Notes: generated by a model from the sequence alone, not told the origin. 56,038 bases of DNA from Ignavibacteria bacterium (GCA_049699815.1 JBNAWO010000002.1:1-56038); one strand, 5' to 3'; shown: positions 9,095 through 19,830, counted from the first letter of the stretch. Translations and numbers: made by a program.

Positions 9095-10021
9095 TTGAAA
9101 TTTCTAAAATACTTCTTATATATTTTACCTACATTAATTTTTATTGTCTTTATCTCCATAAGGGAGACTAAAGGCACGCTTGGAACTTTAAAAAATCCAG
9201 TCAAACTTTACTTCACTCCCTCAGTTGATGCCGAAAAGATAACATTGAGCGCCAAACCCCTTATCCAGTTTCTTGAAAAAGAAACTGGTTATTATTTCGA
9301 GACAGCAGTCCCAACATCATACATCGCAGTTGTAGAAGCATTTGGAACCGATAGAGCTGATATTGCAATAATTAATTCATTCAGTTACTTACTTGCTCAT
9401 GAGAAGTATGGTGCCAATGCGGTGCTTAGAGTAATTCGGACTGGAAATCAAGCTTTTTATCGTGGACAAATAATTGTGAGAACTGACTCAGGAATTGAAA
9501 AACTTGAAGATTTAAATGGGAAATCGATAGCATATGTTGATGCATCATCAGCTTCGGGTTATATTCTTCCAAGTGCGCTTTTAAGAAAGAGAGGCATTAA
9601 ACCTACCAGAGAGACTTTTGCAATGAAACATGACAATGTTGTAATTATGGTTTATCAGAAACAAGTTGACGCTGGTGCAACATTTTATTCGCCGCCACAT
9701 CCAGTAACTGGCGAACCACTTGACGCAAGATCAAGGGTTAAGAAACAATATCCAGATGTGTTTGAAAAAATTAAAATTTTAGCTCTAACTGACTCATTAC
9801 CAAATGATCCAGTTGTTTTTAGAAAAGGAATGCCTCGTGCAATGGTTGAAAGAATTAAAAATGCGTTGTTGAAGTTTGCTAATTCAGAAGAAGGCAGAAA
9901 AATTATGCCTGATATTTACAGTATGGAAGGTTTAATTGAAACAAAAGATTCAGATTATGATCTTCTTCGAAAACTTGTTAAAGAAGCAGGATTAAATCTT
10001 GAAGAAATGGTAAAAAAATAA
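9095..10021 (+). CDS. phnD: Phosphonate/phosphite ABC transporter substrate-binding protein
   Basis: It uses a TTG start and has a signal anchor. It shows PhnD-like motifs (YVDASSASGY, NDPVVFRKG) and lies directly upstream of phnC and phnE. Confidence 0.75.
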   Translation: MKFLKYFLYILPTLIFIVFISIRETKGTLGTLKNPVKLYFTPSVDAEKITLSAKPLIQFLEKETGYYFETAVPTSYIAVVEAFGTDRADIAIINSFSYLLAHEKYGANAVLRVIRTGNQAFYRGQIIVRTDSGIEKLEDLNGKSIAYVDASSASGYILPSALLRKRGIKPTRETFAMKHDNVVIMVYQKQVDAGATFYSPPHPVTGEPLDARSRVKKQYPDVFEKIKILALTDSLPNDPVVFRKGMPRAMVERIKNALLKFANSEEGRKIMPDIYSMEGLIETKDSDYDLLRKLVKEAGLNLEEMVKK

Positions 10022-10794
10022 TGAACTCAAATAAAATCGTTGAAGTAAGAGATCTTCATAAGGTTTATCCAAGTGGAACGCACGCACTGAAAGGTGTTTC
10101 CCTTGATGTTTATGAAGGTGAATTTTTAGTTGTGATTGGGCTCAGTGGTTCAGGTAAAACAACATTACTAAAATGTATCAATCGCCTTGAAGAACCAACA
10201 GCAGGAACAGTAAAATTTCTTGGCAAAGATATAACTCACATCAAAGGTAAAGAACTTCGAGAAGTCAGGACTCATATTGGAATGGTTTTTCAGCAATTCA
10301 ATTTGATTAAAAGAATGAGTGTGTTGAATAATGTTCTTGCTGGTAAACTTGGGTATATGAAAACATTTCCATCTATTCTTGGTAATTTTCCCCCTCAATG
10401 TATTGAAGAAGCAATGAAAAATCTCGATATAGTTGGGATTAAAGAGTATGCCTATGAAAGAGCTGATAAACTTAGTGGAGGTCAACAGCAACGTGTTGCA
10501 ATTGCAAGAAGTTTAATGCAATCTCCAAAATTGTTACTTGCCGATGAACCTGTTGCAAGCCTTGATCCTGCCACTTCCAATTCAATTATGCAATATTTTG
10601 AAAAAGTGAATAAGGAGCTTGGAGTAACTGTTGTTTGTAATTTACATTTTCTTAGTCTTGTTAGAAGATACGCAACTCGTGTAATTGCTTTGAAATCAGG
10701 TGAAATTGTTTTTGAAGGATATCCAAATGAAATAGATGAAAAATGGTTCAAAAAAATTTACGGAGAAGAAGCAGAAGAAGTGGAGATTAGATAA
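10021..10794 (+). CDS. phnC: Phosphonate ABC transporter ATP-binding protein
   Basis: It has Walker A GLSGSGKTT, signature LSGGQQQRV and Walker B LLLADEP. Its start overlaps the phnD stop (TAATG). Confidence 0.85.
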   Translation: MNSNKIVEVRDLHKVYPSGTHALKGVSLDVYEGEFLVVIGLSGSGKTTLLKCINRLEEPTAGTVKFLGKDITHIKGKELREVRTHIGMVFQQFNLIKRMSVLNNVLAGKLGYMKTFPSILGNFPPQCIEEAMKNLDIVGIKEYAYERADKLSGGQQQRVAIARSLMQSPKLLLADEPVASLDPATSNSIMQYFEKVNKELGVTVVCNLHFLSLVRRYATRVIALKSGEIVFEGYPNEIDEKWFKKIYGEEAEEVEIR

Positions 10795-11867
10795 TGTTAG
10801 AACCAGAATTAGAATTACATCCTAAAGAAAAAATTTTGAGAAAGAAAAAAAATCAAGAAAAGATTAATCTCATTAAAGCAATTTTTCTCGATAGTTTTTT
10901 CATCTTTTATACAGTTTTGGTTTGTCAGAGAGCGATCTATTATAAAGTAATTTTAGATTTAAGAGATTTACCATTTTCCTGGTCTGAAATCTTGGTCTTT
11001 GCAATTATTTCGATTATTATTGGAACTGTTTGGGGATATAGCAGAACCTCACTTGGTGCAAAAATTATGGGGCTGGCAAAAGATACAAAGTTTTCCAGAT
11101 GGTCATCGGAAATTTTCGCATGGACATTATTTAATTTAACATTCATTGCTGGCTGGCTTGTAACGAAAATTTCTTTAATTGATTTGTTCAGTAAAGAAGG
11201 AATTGAGGGAGCTAATAGAATTTTTCATGCTTTATTTACTCCTGAATTTGGAATTTTTGATGATGCCCTCTTTGCAATAATTGAAACTATTTACCTTGCA
11301 CTGGTTGCAACTTTATTATCAATCCCTCCAACATTAATCATAAGCTTTTTTACTGCTCGAAATTTGATGAAAGATAATTGGCTCACTATGGCAGTTTATT
11401 ATGTTTTGAGAATTATATTAAATTTTGTTCGTTCAATTGAACCATTAATTTGGGCAATTATTTTTTCTGTCTGGGTTGGAATTGGTCCTTATGCCGGGAT
11501 GATTGCTTTACTTGTCCATACAATTGCAGCAAATGCAAAACTTTATTCAGAAGCTATTGAAAGCATTGAAGAAGGTCCAGTTGATGCAATTGAAGCTACT
11601 GGTGCAAATAAAATTCAAGTAATTTGGTATGCTGTAGTTCCACAAATTATTCTGCCATTTTTATCTTTTACGATCTATCGTTGGGATATTAATGTCAGAA
11701 TGGCTACAGTTATTGGACTTGTAGGTGGTGGTGGAATTGGTACAATGTTAATGCAATATCAGGGACTTGCTCAATGGCATGAGGTCGGTTTAATTGTTAT
11801 AATGATTGCTTTCGTTGTATGGATAATGGATTACATTAGTGCAAAAATTCGGGAAGCGATTTATTAG
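10794..11867 (+). CDS. phnE: Phosphonate ABC transporter permease with an N-terminal extension
   Basis: It is a multi-TM protein with an EAA-like loop (EAIESIEEGPVDAIEATGA). It overlaps the phnC stop by TAATG. About 90 extra N-terminal residues are present compared with typical PhnE. Confidence 0.75.
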   Translation: MLEPELELHPKEKILRKKKNQEKINLIKAIFLDSFFIFYTVLVCQRAIYYKVILDLRDLPFSWSEILVFAIISIIIGTVWGYSRTSLGAKIMGLAKDTKFSRWSSEIFAWTLFNLTFIAGWLVTKISLIDLFSKEGIEGANRIFHALFTPEFGIFDDALFAIIETIYLALVATLLSIPPTLIISFFTARNLMKDNWLTMAVYYVLRIILNFVRSIEPLIWAIIFSVWVGIGPYAGMIALLVHTIAANAKLYSEAIESIEEGPVDAIEATGANKIQVIWYAVVPQIILPFLSFTIYRWDINVRMATVIGLVGGGGIGTMLMQYQGLAQWHEVGLIVIMIAFVVWIMDYISAKIREAIY

Positions 11868-12081
11868 AAGTTTTTAATTTTAATAAATACCTAAAATTTT
11901 TGGGCTTTTTTGAAAATTGTTTTACAATAAAGATTGTTTGTGAAGATTTAATTTTAATAGATAGGCATTTACAAAGTAGTTAACTGAGTTTATTTTTTCG
12001 ATTTTGTGAAAAAATCTTGATTAAAAATGAAAAAATATTAATCTCTCAATTTGATTTTGTCTTTCATTTAATAAACTAGTC

Positions 12082-12116
12082 TAAATTTGAAAATTCTCAC
12101 TCATAGCTTAAATTTG
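12082..12116 (+). promoter_or_regulatory. Two tandem TAAATTTG (-7 type) boxes upstream of metG
   Basis: Exact TAnnTTTG matches lie at 12082-12089 and 12109-12116, 42 and 15 nt upstream of the metG ATG. Confidence 0.35.
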
Positions 12117-12130
12117 TCAAAAATTTTGGA

Positions 12131-14191
12131 ATGGATAACAAAACCTTCAAGAGAACTTTAGTTACAGCTGCATTACCATACGCCAATGGACCAATTCATT
12201 TAGGACATCTAGCTGGTGCCTATCTCCCGGCTGATATTTTTGTCCGTTTTAAAAGATTAAAAGGGGAGGATATTATTTTTATCTGTGGTTCAGATGAGCA
12301 CGGTGTACCCATAACAATTACTGCTGAAAAGGAAGGAGTCTCTCCAAAAGTTATAATTGACCGTTATCACGAATTGAACCGCAAGGCATTCGAAGATTTT
12401 GGGATGAGTTTTGATAATTACTCTAGAACCTCACTCCCACTTCATCATAAAACTGCTCAGGAATTTTTTCTGAAATATTATCAGAACGGAATTTTAAAGC
12501 AGAAAAAAGAAATGCAATATTATGATGAAAAAGCCAGAATGTTTTTGCCGGATAGATATCTGGTTGGAACCTGCCCATATTGTAAAAGTGAAGACGCTCG
12601 TGGTGATCAATGTGAAAATTGCGGAAGTTATCTCAATCCAACTGATTTAATTAATCCCAAAAGTAAAGTAACAGGTGAAACTCCGGTTCTCAAAGAAACT
12701 ACGCATTGGTATTTTCCGCTTGGAGATTATCAGCAACGACTTGAGAAATATATTGCTGAGAAAGATGCTCAAGAAGGATGGAAAGAAAATGTGTTAAACT
12801 ACTGCAGAAGCTGGTTTCAAGAGGGATTGCAAGATAGAGCCGTTACGCGTGATTTAGATTGGGGAGTTAAAGTCCCTGTTGAAGGTTTTGAAAATAAAGT
12901 TCTTTATGTTTGGTTTGAAGCAGTTCTGGGGTATATTTCTTCAACAAAAGAATGGGCAAAAAAGAAAGGAAATCCTGAAGAGTGGAGAAAATATTGGCAG
13001 GATCCTGAAACAAAATATATTGCATTCATTGGTAAAGATAATGTAGTTTTCCATTGTATTGTTTTTCCTGCGATGCTGATGGCTTGGAATGATTTAAGTG
13101 AAGAAAAATACATTCTTCCTGATAATGTGCCTGCAAATGAATTTTTGAACTATGAAGGATTGAAATTTTCTAAAAGTCGCGGCTGGGGAATTGATTTAAA
13201 AGACTTCTTAGAACATTTTCCACCAGACCCTTTAAGATATTATCTCGCTTCAATTCTACCGGAAAATCGAGATACCGATTTTTACTGGCGTGATTTTCAA
13301 GCTAAAAACAACAACGAACTCGCTGATATTTTTGGAAATTTTGTAAATCGAACTTTGACTTTTACAGCAAGGCACTTTGATCTCAGAGTTCCAGAAGTAA
13401 AGAAACTTAGAGAAATTGATGAAGAACTTCTTAAGCAAATCCCTGAATTCAAAAAGAATGTTGAATTTTACTATGAAAAAATTCGAATTAAAGACGCATT
13501 AAACGAGACGATGAATCTTGCTCGACTTGCAAATAAATATTTTAATGATAGTCAGCCTTGGAAGACAATAAAAGAAGATCCAGAAGCTTGCGCAACTACC
13601 ATAAATCTTTCTCTGCAACTCATAAGAACACTTTCTATAATGCTTTCTCCAGTAATTCCATTTTCATCTGAGAAAATATTTAAGTTATTGAATATTGAAG
13701 GTGAAGAACTGAAAAAATGGGAAGGTTGCGAGGAACCAAAACTTCAAGCTGGACATAAAATCAACCAGCCTGAAATAATTTTTACAAAGATTGAGGATAA
13801 AACAATCGAGCCCTATTTGAAAAGTCAAGAGAAAAAAGATCAAACTGAATTGACCAAACAAGAGAATAAAATTGAGATTGATGACTTTAAAAAAGTTGAA
13901 ATTCGAGTCGCTAAGGTAATTGAATGTGAAAATGTACCTAAGTCAAAAAAATTATTAAAGTTGAAAGTAGATCTTGGTTATGAGAAACGTTATGTAATAG
14001 CCGGACTTGCTGAATTTTACAAGCCAGAAGAAATGATTGGAAAGAAAGTTTTGATCGTTTCTAATCTTAAAGAAGCAAAATTAATGAATGAAATATCGCA
14101 AGGAATGATACTTGCGGTTGAAGACGAAAACAAAAATCTTAAACTTGTAACTGTTGATGATAATCTACCTTTAGGATCAATTTTAAGATAA
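12131..14191 (+). CDS. metG: Methionine--tRNA ligase with a C-terminal tRNA-binding (EMAP/Trbp111-like) domain
   Basis: The HIGH motif is PIHLGHLAG and the KMSKS motif is KFSKSRG. Zinc knuckles are CPYC and CENC. The C-terminal block VAKVIECENVPKSKKLLKLKVDLG marks the tRNA-binding domain. Confidence 0.95.
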   Translation: MDNKTFKRTLVTAALPYANGPIHLGHLAGAYLPADIFVRFKRLKGEDIIFICGSDEHGVPITITAEKEGVSPKVIIDRYHELNRKAFEDFGMSFDNYSRTSLPLHHKTAQEFFLKYYQNGILKQKKEMQYYDEKARMFLPDRYLVGTCPYCKSEDARGDQCENCGSYLNPTDLINPKSKVTGETPVLKETTHWYFPLGDYQQRLEKYIAEKDAQEGWKENVLNYCRSWFQEGLQDRAVTRDLDWGVKVPVEGFENKVLYVWFEAVLGYISSTKEWAKKKGNPEEWRKYWQDPETKYIAFIGKDNVVFHCIVFPAMLMAWNDLSEEKYILPDNVPANEFLNYEGLKFSKSRGWGIDLKDFLEHFPPDPLRYYLASILPENRDTDFYWRDFQAKNNNELADIFGNFVNRTLTFTARHFDLRVPEVKKLREIDEELLKQIPEFKKNVEFYYEKIRIKDALNETMNLARLANKYFNDSQPWKTIKEDPEACATTINLSLQLIRTLSIMLSPVIPFSSEKIFKLLNIEGEELKKWEGCEEPKLQAGHKINQPEIIFTKIEDKTIEPYLKSQEKKDQTELTKQENKIEIDDFKKVEIRVAKVIECENVPKSKKLLKLKVDLGYEKRYVIAGLAEFYKPEEMIGKKVLIVSNLKEAKLMNEISQGMILAVEDENKNLKLVTVDDNLPLGSILR

Positions 14192-14209
14192 TACTAATAA
14201 AGTGGAGGA

Positions 14210-16195
14210 ATGATGAAAGCTCTAAAACAATTTTCTGCTCTGATAATTTTGATTGTTTCTGTTTTATTAACTTCTTGCTCGACATCAAAAAAAGATATTG
14301 TTCTTGCTGAATTCGATAAACAAAAAGTTACAGTTGAAGAATTCGAAAAAGTTTATGCAAAGAACAATGGCGGTTACGAAGCTGCAAAAAAAGATTCACT
14401 ACAGAAAAAGAAAAATTTTCTCGATCTCTATGTTAATTTTAAAATGAAAGTGTTCGATGCAAAACGTAGAGGTTTGGATGAGCTTCCAGATGTTGTTGCT
14501 GAATACAATGACTATAAACAAAAAATTGGAGTAACCTACTTACTCGAAAAAGAATTAGTTGAACCAAACATTAAAGAACTTTACGAAAAAAGAAAAGAAG
14601 AACTAAGAGTTAGTCACATTATGTTCCGACCCGATTCAGCTGGATTTGACGGTGCTTATGCAAGAGCACTCGCTGTTTTAGATTCTATTAAAAAAGGTGC
14701 ATCATTCGAAGAGATGGCAAAAAAATATAGTCAGGACTATTATTCTGCACCTTATGGTGGAGATATTTTCTACATCACAGCTGGTGATATCATTCCTTCT
14801 TTTGAGCAAGCTTGTTATAAATTAAAAACTGGTGAAGTTTATCCAGAACCAGTTCGAACACAATTTGGTTATCATCTAATTAAAGTTACTGATAGAAGAC
14901 CAAGAATTCCTGAAATAAGAGCAAGTCATATTTTGATTGAATTAAAACCGGGATTTACATCAGAAGATTCGGCTAAAGCACTCGAAAAAATTAAAAAGAT
15001 AAAAGAAAAAATTGAACTTGGCGAAGATTTTGCCGAATTGGCAAAAGAATTTTCTGAGGACGAAGGAACAAAGAATCTTGGCGGTGATCTCGGATTTTTC
15101 ACGCGGCGAATGATGGTTCAACCATTTGATGAAGCAGCTTTTAATCTTGAAGTTGGACAGGTTTCTGATATTGTTAAAACTCAATTTGGCTATCACTTGA
15201 TAAAGGTAACCGATAGGAAACAGATTAAACCTTTTGAAGAAGAAAAAGATTTTTTGAAGTCAATCTATCAAAGAATTAAGTATAATGAAGATAAGCAAAG
15301 ATTTTTAGACTCACTCAAAAGAGTATTCAATTATAAAGCTAATTCTGAATTGATAGATCAAATTGCATCAAAGACTGATACAATTCAAGTTGGGGGTCAG
15401 TACTGGGTAAGTCATCTTAAAACTGAATTTGGTGATTCAATAATTATAACTTTTGCAAAGAAACAAATTTCAGTTGATACTTTAATGGCTCGCGCAGAAA
15501 ATCTTGCCGAATTTATAAATAGAAGGATTACAAAGTCTACGCTTGACAATATTGTTAATCGAATTTCGGAAGATTTACTTCTGGCAGAAGCAGTTGAGTA
15601 TCTTCCACAGAAATATCCTCAATTTGCTGAATTGATGGAAGAATATAAAAATGGAATATTGATCTTCAAGCTTCAAGAGGAAGAAGTCTGGAATAAAATT
15701 CAAATTGACGAAGAAAAGCTTAGAAATTATTGGGAAGCAAACAAAGAAAAATTCCAGTGGCCCGATCGAGTTGAATACGCAGAGATTTTTGTAAAATCTG
15801 ATTCACTTGCGCAGGAAATTTATAAAAAGTTGAAAGCAGGAGAAGTTTTTGATTCACTTGCAGCAAATTACACCGAACGTCCTGGCTTTAAAGAAAAATT
15901 TGGTTATCACGGAATAAAACCGGTTCTGGACAATGCTTTATCACAAAAAGCTGATCAATTAAAAGAAGGAGAATTCTCCGAACCTTTTAAGAATACAAAT
16001 GGTTACTCAATTGTTAAATTGATTAAAAAACATCCGGCAGTATTGAAGACATTTGAAGAAGCTTTACCAGAGGTAAGTGGTGCTGTCCAAGAAATTGAGT
16101 CCAAACGGCTTGAAAATGATTATCTCGAATTTCTTAAGTCGAATTACAAACCTCGTATTTATTACGATAAACTCAGCAAAGCATTTGTTGATTAA
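14210..16195 (+). CDS. Periplasmic peptidyl-prolyl isomerase, PpiD/SurA-like with two parvulin domains
   Basis: The lipoprotein signal ends in LLTSC. Two parvulin cores each end in FGYHLIKVTDR. The RBS GGAGGA lies upstream. Confidence 0.85.
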   Translation: MMKALKQFSALIILIVSVLLTSCSTSKKDIVLAEFDKQKVTVEEFEKVYAKNNGGYEAAKKDSLQKKKNFLDLYVNFKMKVFDAKRRGLDELPDVVAEYNDYKQKIGVTYLLEKELVEPNIKELYEKRKEELRVSHIMFRPDSAGFDGAYARALAVLDSIKKGASFEEMAKKYSQDYYSAPYGGDIFYITAGDIIPSFEQACYKLKTGEVYPEPVRTQFGYHLIKVTDRRPRIPEIRASHILIELKPGFTSEDSAKALEKIKKIKEKIELGEDFAELAKEFSEDEGTKNLGGDLGFFTRRMMVQPFDEAAFNLEVGQVSDIVKTQFGYHLIKVTDRKQIKPFEEEKDFLKSIYQRIKYNEDKQRFLDSLKRVFNYKANSELIDQIASKTDTIQVGGQYWVSHLKTEFGDSIIITFAKKQISVDTLMARAENLAEFINRRITKSTLDNIVNRISEDLLLAEAVEYLPQKYPQFAELMEEYKNGILIFKLQEEEVWNKIQIDEEKLRNYWEANKEKFQWPDRVEYAEIFVKSDSLAQEIYKKLKAGEVFDSLAANYTERPGFKEKFGYHGIKPVLDNALSQKADQLKEGEFSEPFKNTNGYSIVKLIKKHPAVLKTFEEALPEVSGAVQEIESKRLENDYLEFLKSNYKPRIYYDKLSKAFVD

Positions 16196-16238
16196 TCATA
16201 TTAATAACCAATGGATTCTTCGAACTTTAAATTTCAAT

Positions 16239-17063
16239 TTGTTTCGGAGAATCCATTGGAAAACTTTGCTGCTAATTTATTTCGTCATACAATCTGGTTG
16301 TTCAGAAGAAAAACTTCCTGAAGATTATCTTGCAGTTGTAAACGATCGAATGCTGACAAAAAGTACCGTAGGTTATTTAGTTGACACACTTTATTTTAAT
16401 GAAGAAAATCTTGAACAGGTAGTTCACAACTGGATTGAGACCGAATTGCTTACACAAGCAGCTTTATCAGAAGGTTTTGATGCAAGGGTAGAATTTGCTA
16501 TCAGGAATGATTTCAATACTCGAAGATTGCTTGCATCAGAGTATTTGAAAGTAAAGTTAAAAGAAGTCAATACAAACGTTTCGAAAGAAGAACTTGAAGA
16601 TTATTTTCAAAAACATCAAAGTGAATTTATCCTGAATTATAATATCTATAAAGTCAATCAAATAGTTACAACGAATATTTCTAAAGCCATTGATTTGCGA
16701 AACACAACTCTCTCTCAACTTGATTTTTCAAAATCAGTCAATTTAACTTTTAAGCCTGAAGAAATTATTGATCAACGATATGCTGTGTATTTGAAAGAGT
16801 TTGATGATATGCCCTATGAACTTGCTAATATAATTCAAACTTTAAATCCTGGTGAAATTACATACCCAATTAGTCTTGGAAATGGTGAGTATCTTGTAAC
16901 CCAATTAATTGCGAAATATGAAAAAGGAGATGAGCCCTCTATTGAATTTGTAAAAGAACTAATTGAAGAAAGGATTATCTTTGAAAGACAGAAAAATTTT
17001 TATCAAGAACTTATTAATAAACTTGCAAAAGAAGCAGATATTAAAGTAAGAGAATTAAAATGA
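16239..17063 (+). CDS. SurA N-terminal-domain-like periplasmic chaperone lipoprotein
   Basis: The ORF-track start at 16077 overlaps the preceding gene by 119 nt. The in-frame TTG at 16239 gives MFRRIHWKTLLLIYFVIQSGC, a clean lipoprotein signal, and there is no in-frame ATG before MLTKS. The start choice is an inference. Confidence 0.6.
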   Translation: MFRRIHWKTLLLIYFVIQSGCSEEKLPEDYLAVVNDRMLTKSTVGYLVDTLYFNEENLEQVVHNWIETELLTQAALSEGFDARVEFAIRNDFNTRRLLASEYLKVKLKEVNTNVSKEELEDYFQKHQSEFILNYNIYKVNQIVTTNISKAIDLRNTTLSQLDFSKSVNLTFKPEEIIDQRYAVYLKEFDDMPYELANIIQTLNPGEITYPISLGNGEYLVTQLIAKYEKGDEPSIEFVKELIEERIIFERQKNFYQELINKLAKEADIKVRELK

Positions 17064-18337
17064 ATAAATCGAAAAAATTAATCTTTGTGTTTCTTGTTTT
17101 GATTATCAATGGATTTGCTCAGGAAGTCCTGGATAAAGTCGTAGCCGTTGTTGACAATCAATACATCCTTTTAAGTGAACTTGAATTTCAAACTCAGATG
17201 ATTGCATATCAAAGAAAATTAAATCCGAATGATCCGAATCTAAAGAAAGCAGTTTTAAATTCTTTGATCGAAGAAAAATTAATGTTAGTTCAAGCAGAAC
17301 TTGACTCTATTCGAGTAACTGAAGATGAGGTTAATCGTCAGCTTGATTATCAGATAGAAAATTTCATTCAACAATTTGGTTCAAAAGAAAAACTTGAGCA
17401 GGCATATAACCGACCACTTGAAAAAATCAAAAGAGAATTAAGAGACGAGATTCGTAATAACATCTTAATTCAGAAAGTTCAGGATCAAAAATTCGCTCGA
17501 CTTGAAATAAGCAGGTATGAAGTTGAGAAATTTTTTGAACAATATAAAGATAGTATTGGACTTGTACCTGAAGAAGTTCAACTTTCTCAAATTTTTATTC
17601 AAGCAAAATTGTCAGATTATGATAAAGAAATTTTAAGATCAAAAATCCGAGCAATTTTAGATTCAATCAAAAATGGAGGTGATTTTTCGGATTTTGCAAG
17701 ACGCTACAGTGAGGATTTAGCAACTGCGAAACAAGGCGGTGATCTTGGTTTCGTTCGACGAGGGTTATTCTTCAAAGAATTTGAAGAAGTTGTGTTTACA
17801 ATGAAGGAAGGAGAAATTTCAGATATCATTGAAACACCAATTGGATTTCACATCGCTCAATTAGTTGAAAGAAGAGGAGAGACTGTTAGAGTAAGACATA
17901 TTCTTCTAAAATTACAGCCAAGTCAGGAAAGTGAACAAAAAATAATTAATTTTCTTTCTTCAATTCGTGATAGTATCTTAAGTGGAAAGAATTCTTTTGC
18001 ATACTATGCTCGACTTTATTCAGAGGATAAAGCAACAGCACAATTTGGTGGTGAAATGGGTAAAGTCCCGGTAGCTGAACTTGATCCAGATTTAAGAAAC
18101 TTGATTTCGAAAATGAAAGATGGTGATGTTTCGCAACCAAGAAAGCTTACGGTTTCTAAGGATATGTATGGTTTTCAATTAATTTATCTTGAAAAGAGAA
18201 TTCCAGAACACTACCCGGATATTAATTTAGATTACGATAAGATTGCACAATTAGCTCTTTATCAAAAGAAGCAAAAAGTTTATCGAGATTTAATTGAACA
18301 ACTTAAAAAACAAGTTTATTGGGAAATAAGATTATAG
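17060..18337 (+). CDS. SurA-like peptidyl-prolyl isomerase (two parvulin domains)
   Basis: It has a signal peptide and a SurA_N-like region, followed by parvulin cores GGDLGFVRRG...GFHIAQLVERR and a second, degenerate copy. It overlaps the previous gene by ATGA. Confidence 0.8.
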   Translation: MNKSKKLIFVFLVLIINGFAQEVLDKVVAVVDNQYILLSELEFQTQMIAYQRKLNPNDPNLKKAVLNSLIEEKLMLVQAELDSIRVTEDEVNRQLDYQIENFIQQFGSKEKLEQAYNRPLEKIKRELRDEIRNNILIQKVQDQKFARLEISRYEVEKFFEQYKDSIGLVPEEVQLSQIFIQAKLSDYDKEILRSKIRAILDSIKNGGDFSDFARRYSEDLATAKQGGDLGFVRRGLFFKEFEEVVFTMKEGEISDIIETPIGFHIAQLVERRGETVRVRHILLKLQPSQESEQKIINFLSSIRDSILSGKNSFAYYARLYSEDKATAQFGGEMGKVPVAELDPDLRNLISKMKDGDVSQPRKLTVSKDMYGFQLIYLEKRIPEHYPDINLDYDKIAQLALYQKKQKVYRDLIEQLKKQVYWEIRL

Positions 18338-18345
18338 GGTAACAG

Positions 18346-19329
18346 ATGTTCAATAACGATATCGAAGCTGTTGAAGCTTTAAGTTCTAGCATTAAAAAAT
18401 TGAAACAGGAAATTAAGAAAGTCATAGTCGGGCAGGATGAAATTATTGAAAATCTTCTCATAGCTTTACTTTCAAAAGGTCACTGTCTTTTGATTGGAGT
18501 TCCTGGACTTGCAAAAACTTTACTGATTAAAACTATTGCTCAAGCACTTGATCTGAAGTTTAGCAGAATTCAATTTACTCCTGATTTAATGCCAAGCGAT
18601 ATAACAGGAACAGAAATACTGGAAGTTGATCCAGCAACTAATCAAAGGATTTTTAAGTTCGTTAAAGGACCGATTTTCACAAATATTTTACTTGCAGATG
18701 AAATTAATCGAACTCCTCCAAAGACACAATCAGCTTTACTTGAGGCTATGCAAGAGCTTCAGGTAACTGCAGCAGGAAATAAATATCCACTTGATGAACC
18801 ATTTTTCGTTCTTGCAACTCAAAATCCAATTGAACAAGAAGGAACTTATCCCTTACCAGAAGCTCAGCTAGATAGATTTATGTTCAACTTGTGGCTCGAT
18901 TATCCTTCTCAAGAAGAAGAAATTCAAATTGTAAAAACAACAACTACTCAGTATACACCGCAGGTTTCAAAAGTTATTAATAAAGATGAAATTAAATATT
19001 TTCAAGAATTGGTGCGAAGGGTCCCTGTAGCTGATAATGTGATTGAATTTGCAGTTAAATTGACAAATATGACTCGTCCTACTGATGGAGCAATTAAATT
19101 TGTAAAAGATAATGTTGGTTGGGGAGCTGGACCACGTGCATCGCAATTTATGATTATTGCAGCTAAAGCTCGTTCGGTTATGAATGGGTCATTTACTCCA
19201 TCAATTGATGATGTAAGGAATGTTGCACTTCCGATACTTAGACATAGAATTATCCCGACTTTTAGCGCAGAAGCAGACGGAATTACTTCGGCCAATATTG
19301 TGAAAACATTACTTGAACAAATAAATTAA
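18346..19329 (+). CDS. MoxR-family AAA+ ATPase
   Basis: Walker A is GVPGLAKT and Walker B is LLADEINR. The motif [22 protein letters not shown] is typical of MoxR. Length is 327 aa. Confidence 0.9.
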   Translation: MFNNDIEAVEALSSSIKKLKQEIKKVIVGQDEIIENLLIALLSKGHCLLIGVPGLAKTLLIKTIAQALDLKFSRIQFTPDLMPSDITGTEILEVDPATNQRIFKFVKGPIFTNILLADEINRTPPKTQSALLEAMQELQVTAAGNKYPLDEPFFVLATQNPIEQEGTYPLPEAQLDRFMFNLWLDYPSQEEEIQIVKTTTTQYTPQVSKVINKDEIKYFQELVRRVPVADNVIEFAVKLTNMTRPTDGAIKFVKDNVGWGAGPRASQFMIIAAKARSVMNGSFTPSIDDVRNVALPILRHRIIPTFSAEADGITSANIVKTLLEQIN

Positions 19330-19338
19330 GGAGTAACA

Positions 19339-19473
19339 ATGGGCAAAGGTGATAGAAGAACTAAAAGAGGAAAAATTTTTCGTGGAACTTTTGGAAAATG
19401 GAGACCACGAAAAAAGAGAAAAAACAAATTAGCTCAAGAAACAAAATCTGAGCAGGAAATAACTAAAGAGTAG
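19339..19473 (+). CDS. 30S ribosomal protein Thx (bTHX), 44 aa
   Basis: It is not in the ORF track because it is under 60 aa. My own translation gives [44 protein letters not shown]. The RBS AAGGAG lies 7 nt upstream and a terminator follows. The N-terminal GKGDxRTKRGK(I)xxG(T/S)FGK pattern matches Thx. Confidence 0.75.
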   Translation: MGKGDRRTKRGKIFRGTFGKWRPRKKRKNKLAQETKSEQEITKE

Positions 19474-19516
19474 TTATTAATTTTCTTGTAAACTCTAACT
19501 TTAAACTATCAATAAG

Positions 19517-19555
19517 AACTCCCGTACTTTTCACAATTATGGGAGTTTTTTATTT
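19517..19555 (+). terminator. Rho-independent terminator
   Basis: The stem is aactccc (19517-19523) paired with gggagtt (19541-19547), followed by a T-run. Confidence 0.6.
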
Positions 19556-19830
19556 AAAAAATTTTTCCAATCTATTACTGATTGAATTTTAGATTTTCAG
19601 ATCTTGATTTTTTGCTTTATTTTATCTTCATATGCAAAATAAATTTTTAATTTTTTGGAAAAAATCTATTAAGATTTTGTGTAAATCTACTTGGAATATT
19701 GAGTAATTATACTCATACTATCACATAAAATTTGAAAAGCTTTTTGGAATAATTATGATTGAAGGTTTATAGAAAAGTAGAAAATTAAAAATCTAAATTG
19801 TAACGATTTATGATAAGTAAAATTTTGTTT

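Noticed and set aside
16077-16238. The 5' extension of the second chaperone gene, which overlaps the end of the 14210-16195 gene by 119 nt.
   Set aside because: The extension has no signal peptide and overlaps conserved coding sequence. The in-frame TTG at 16239 yields a proper lipoprotein signal.
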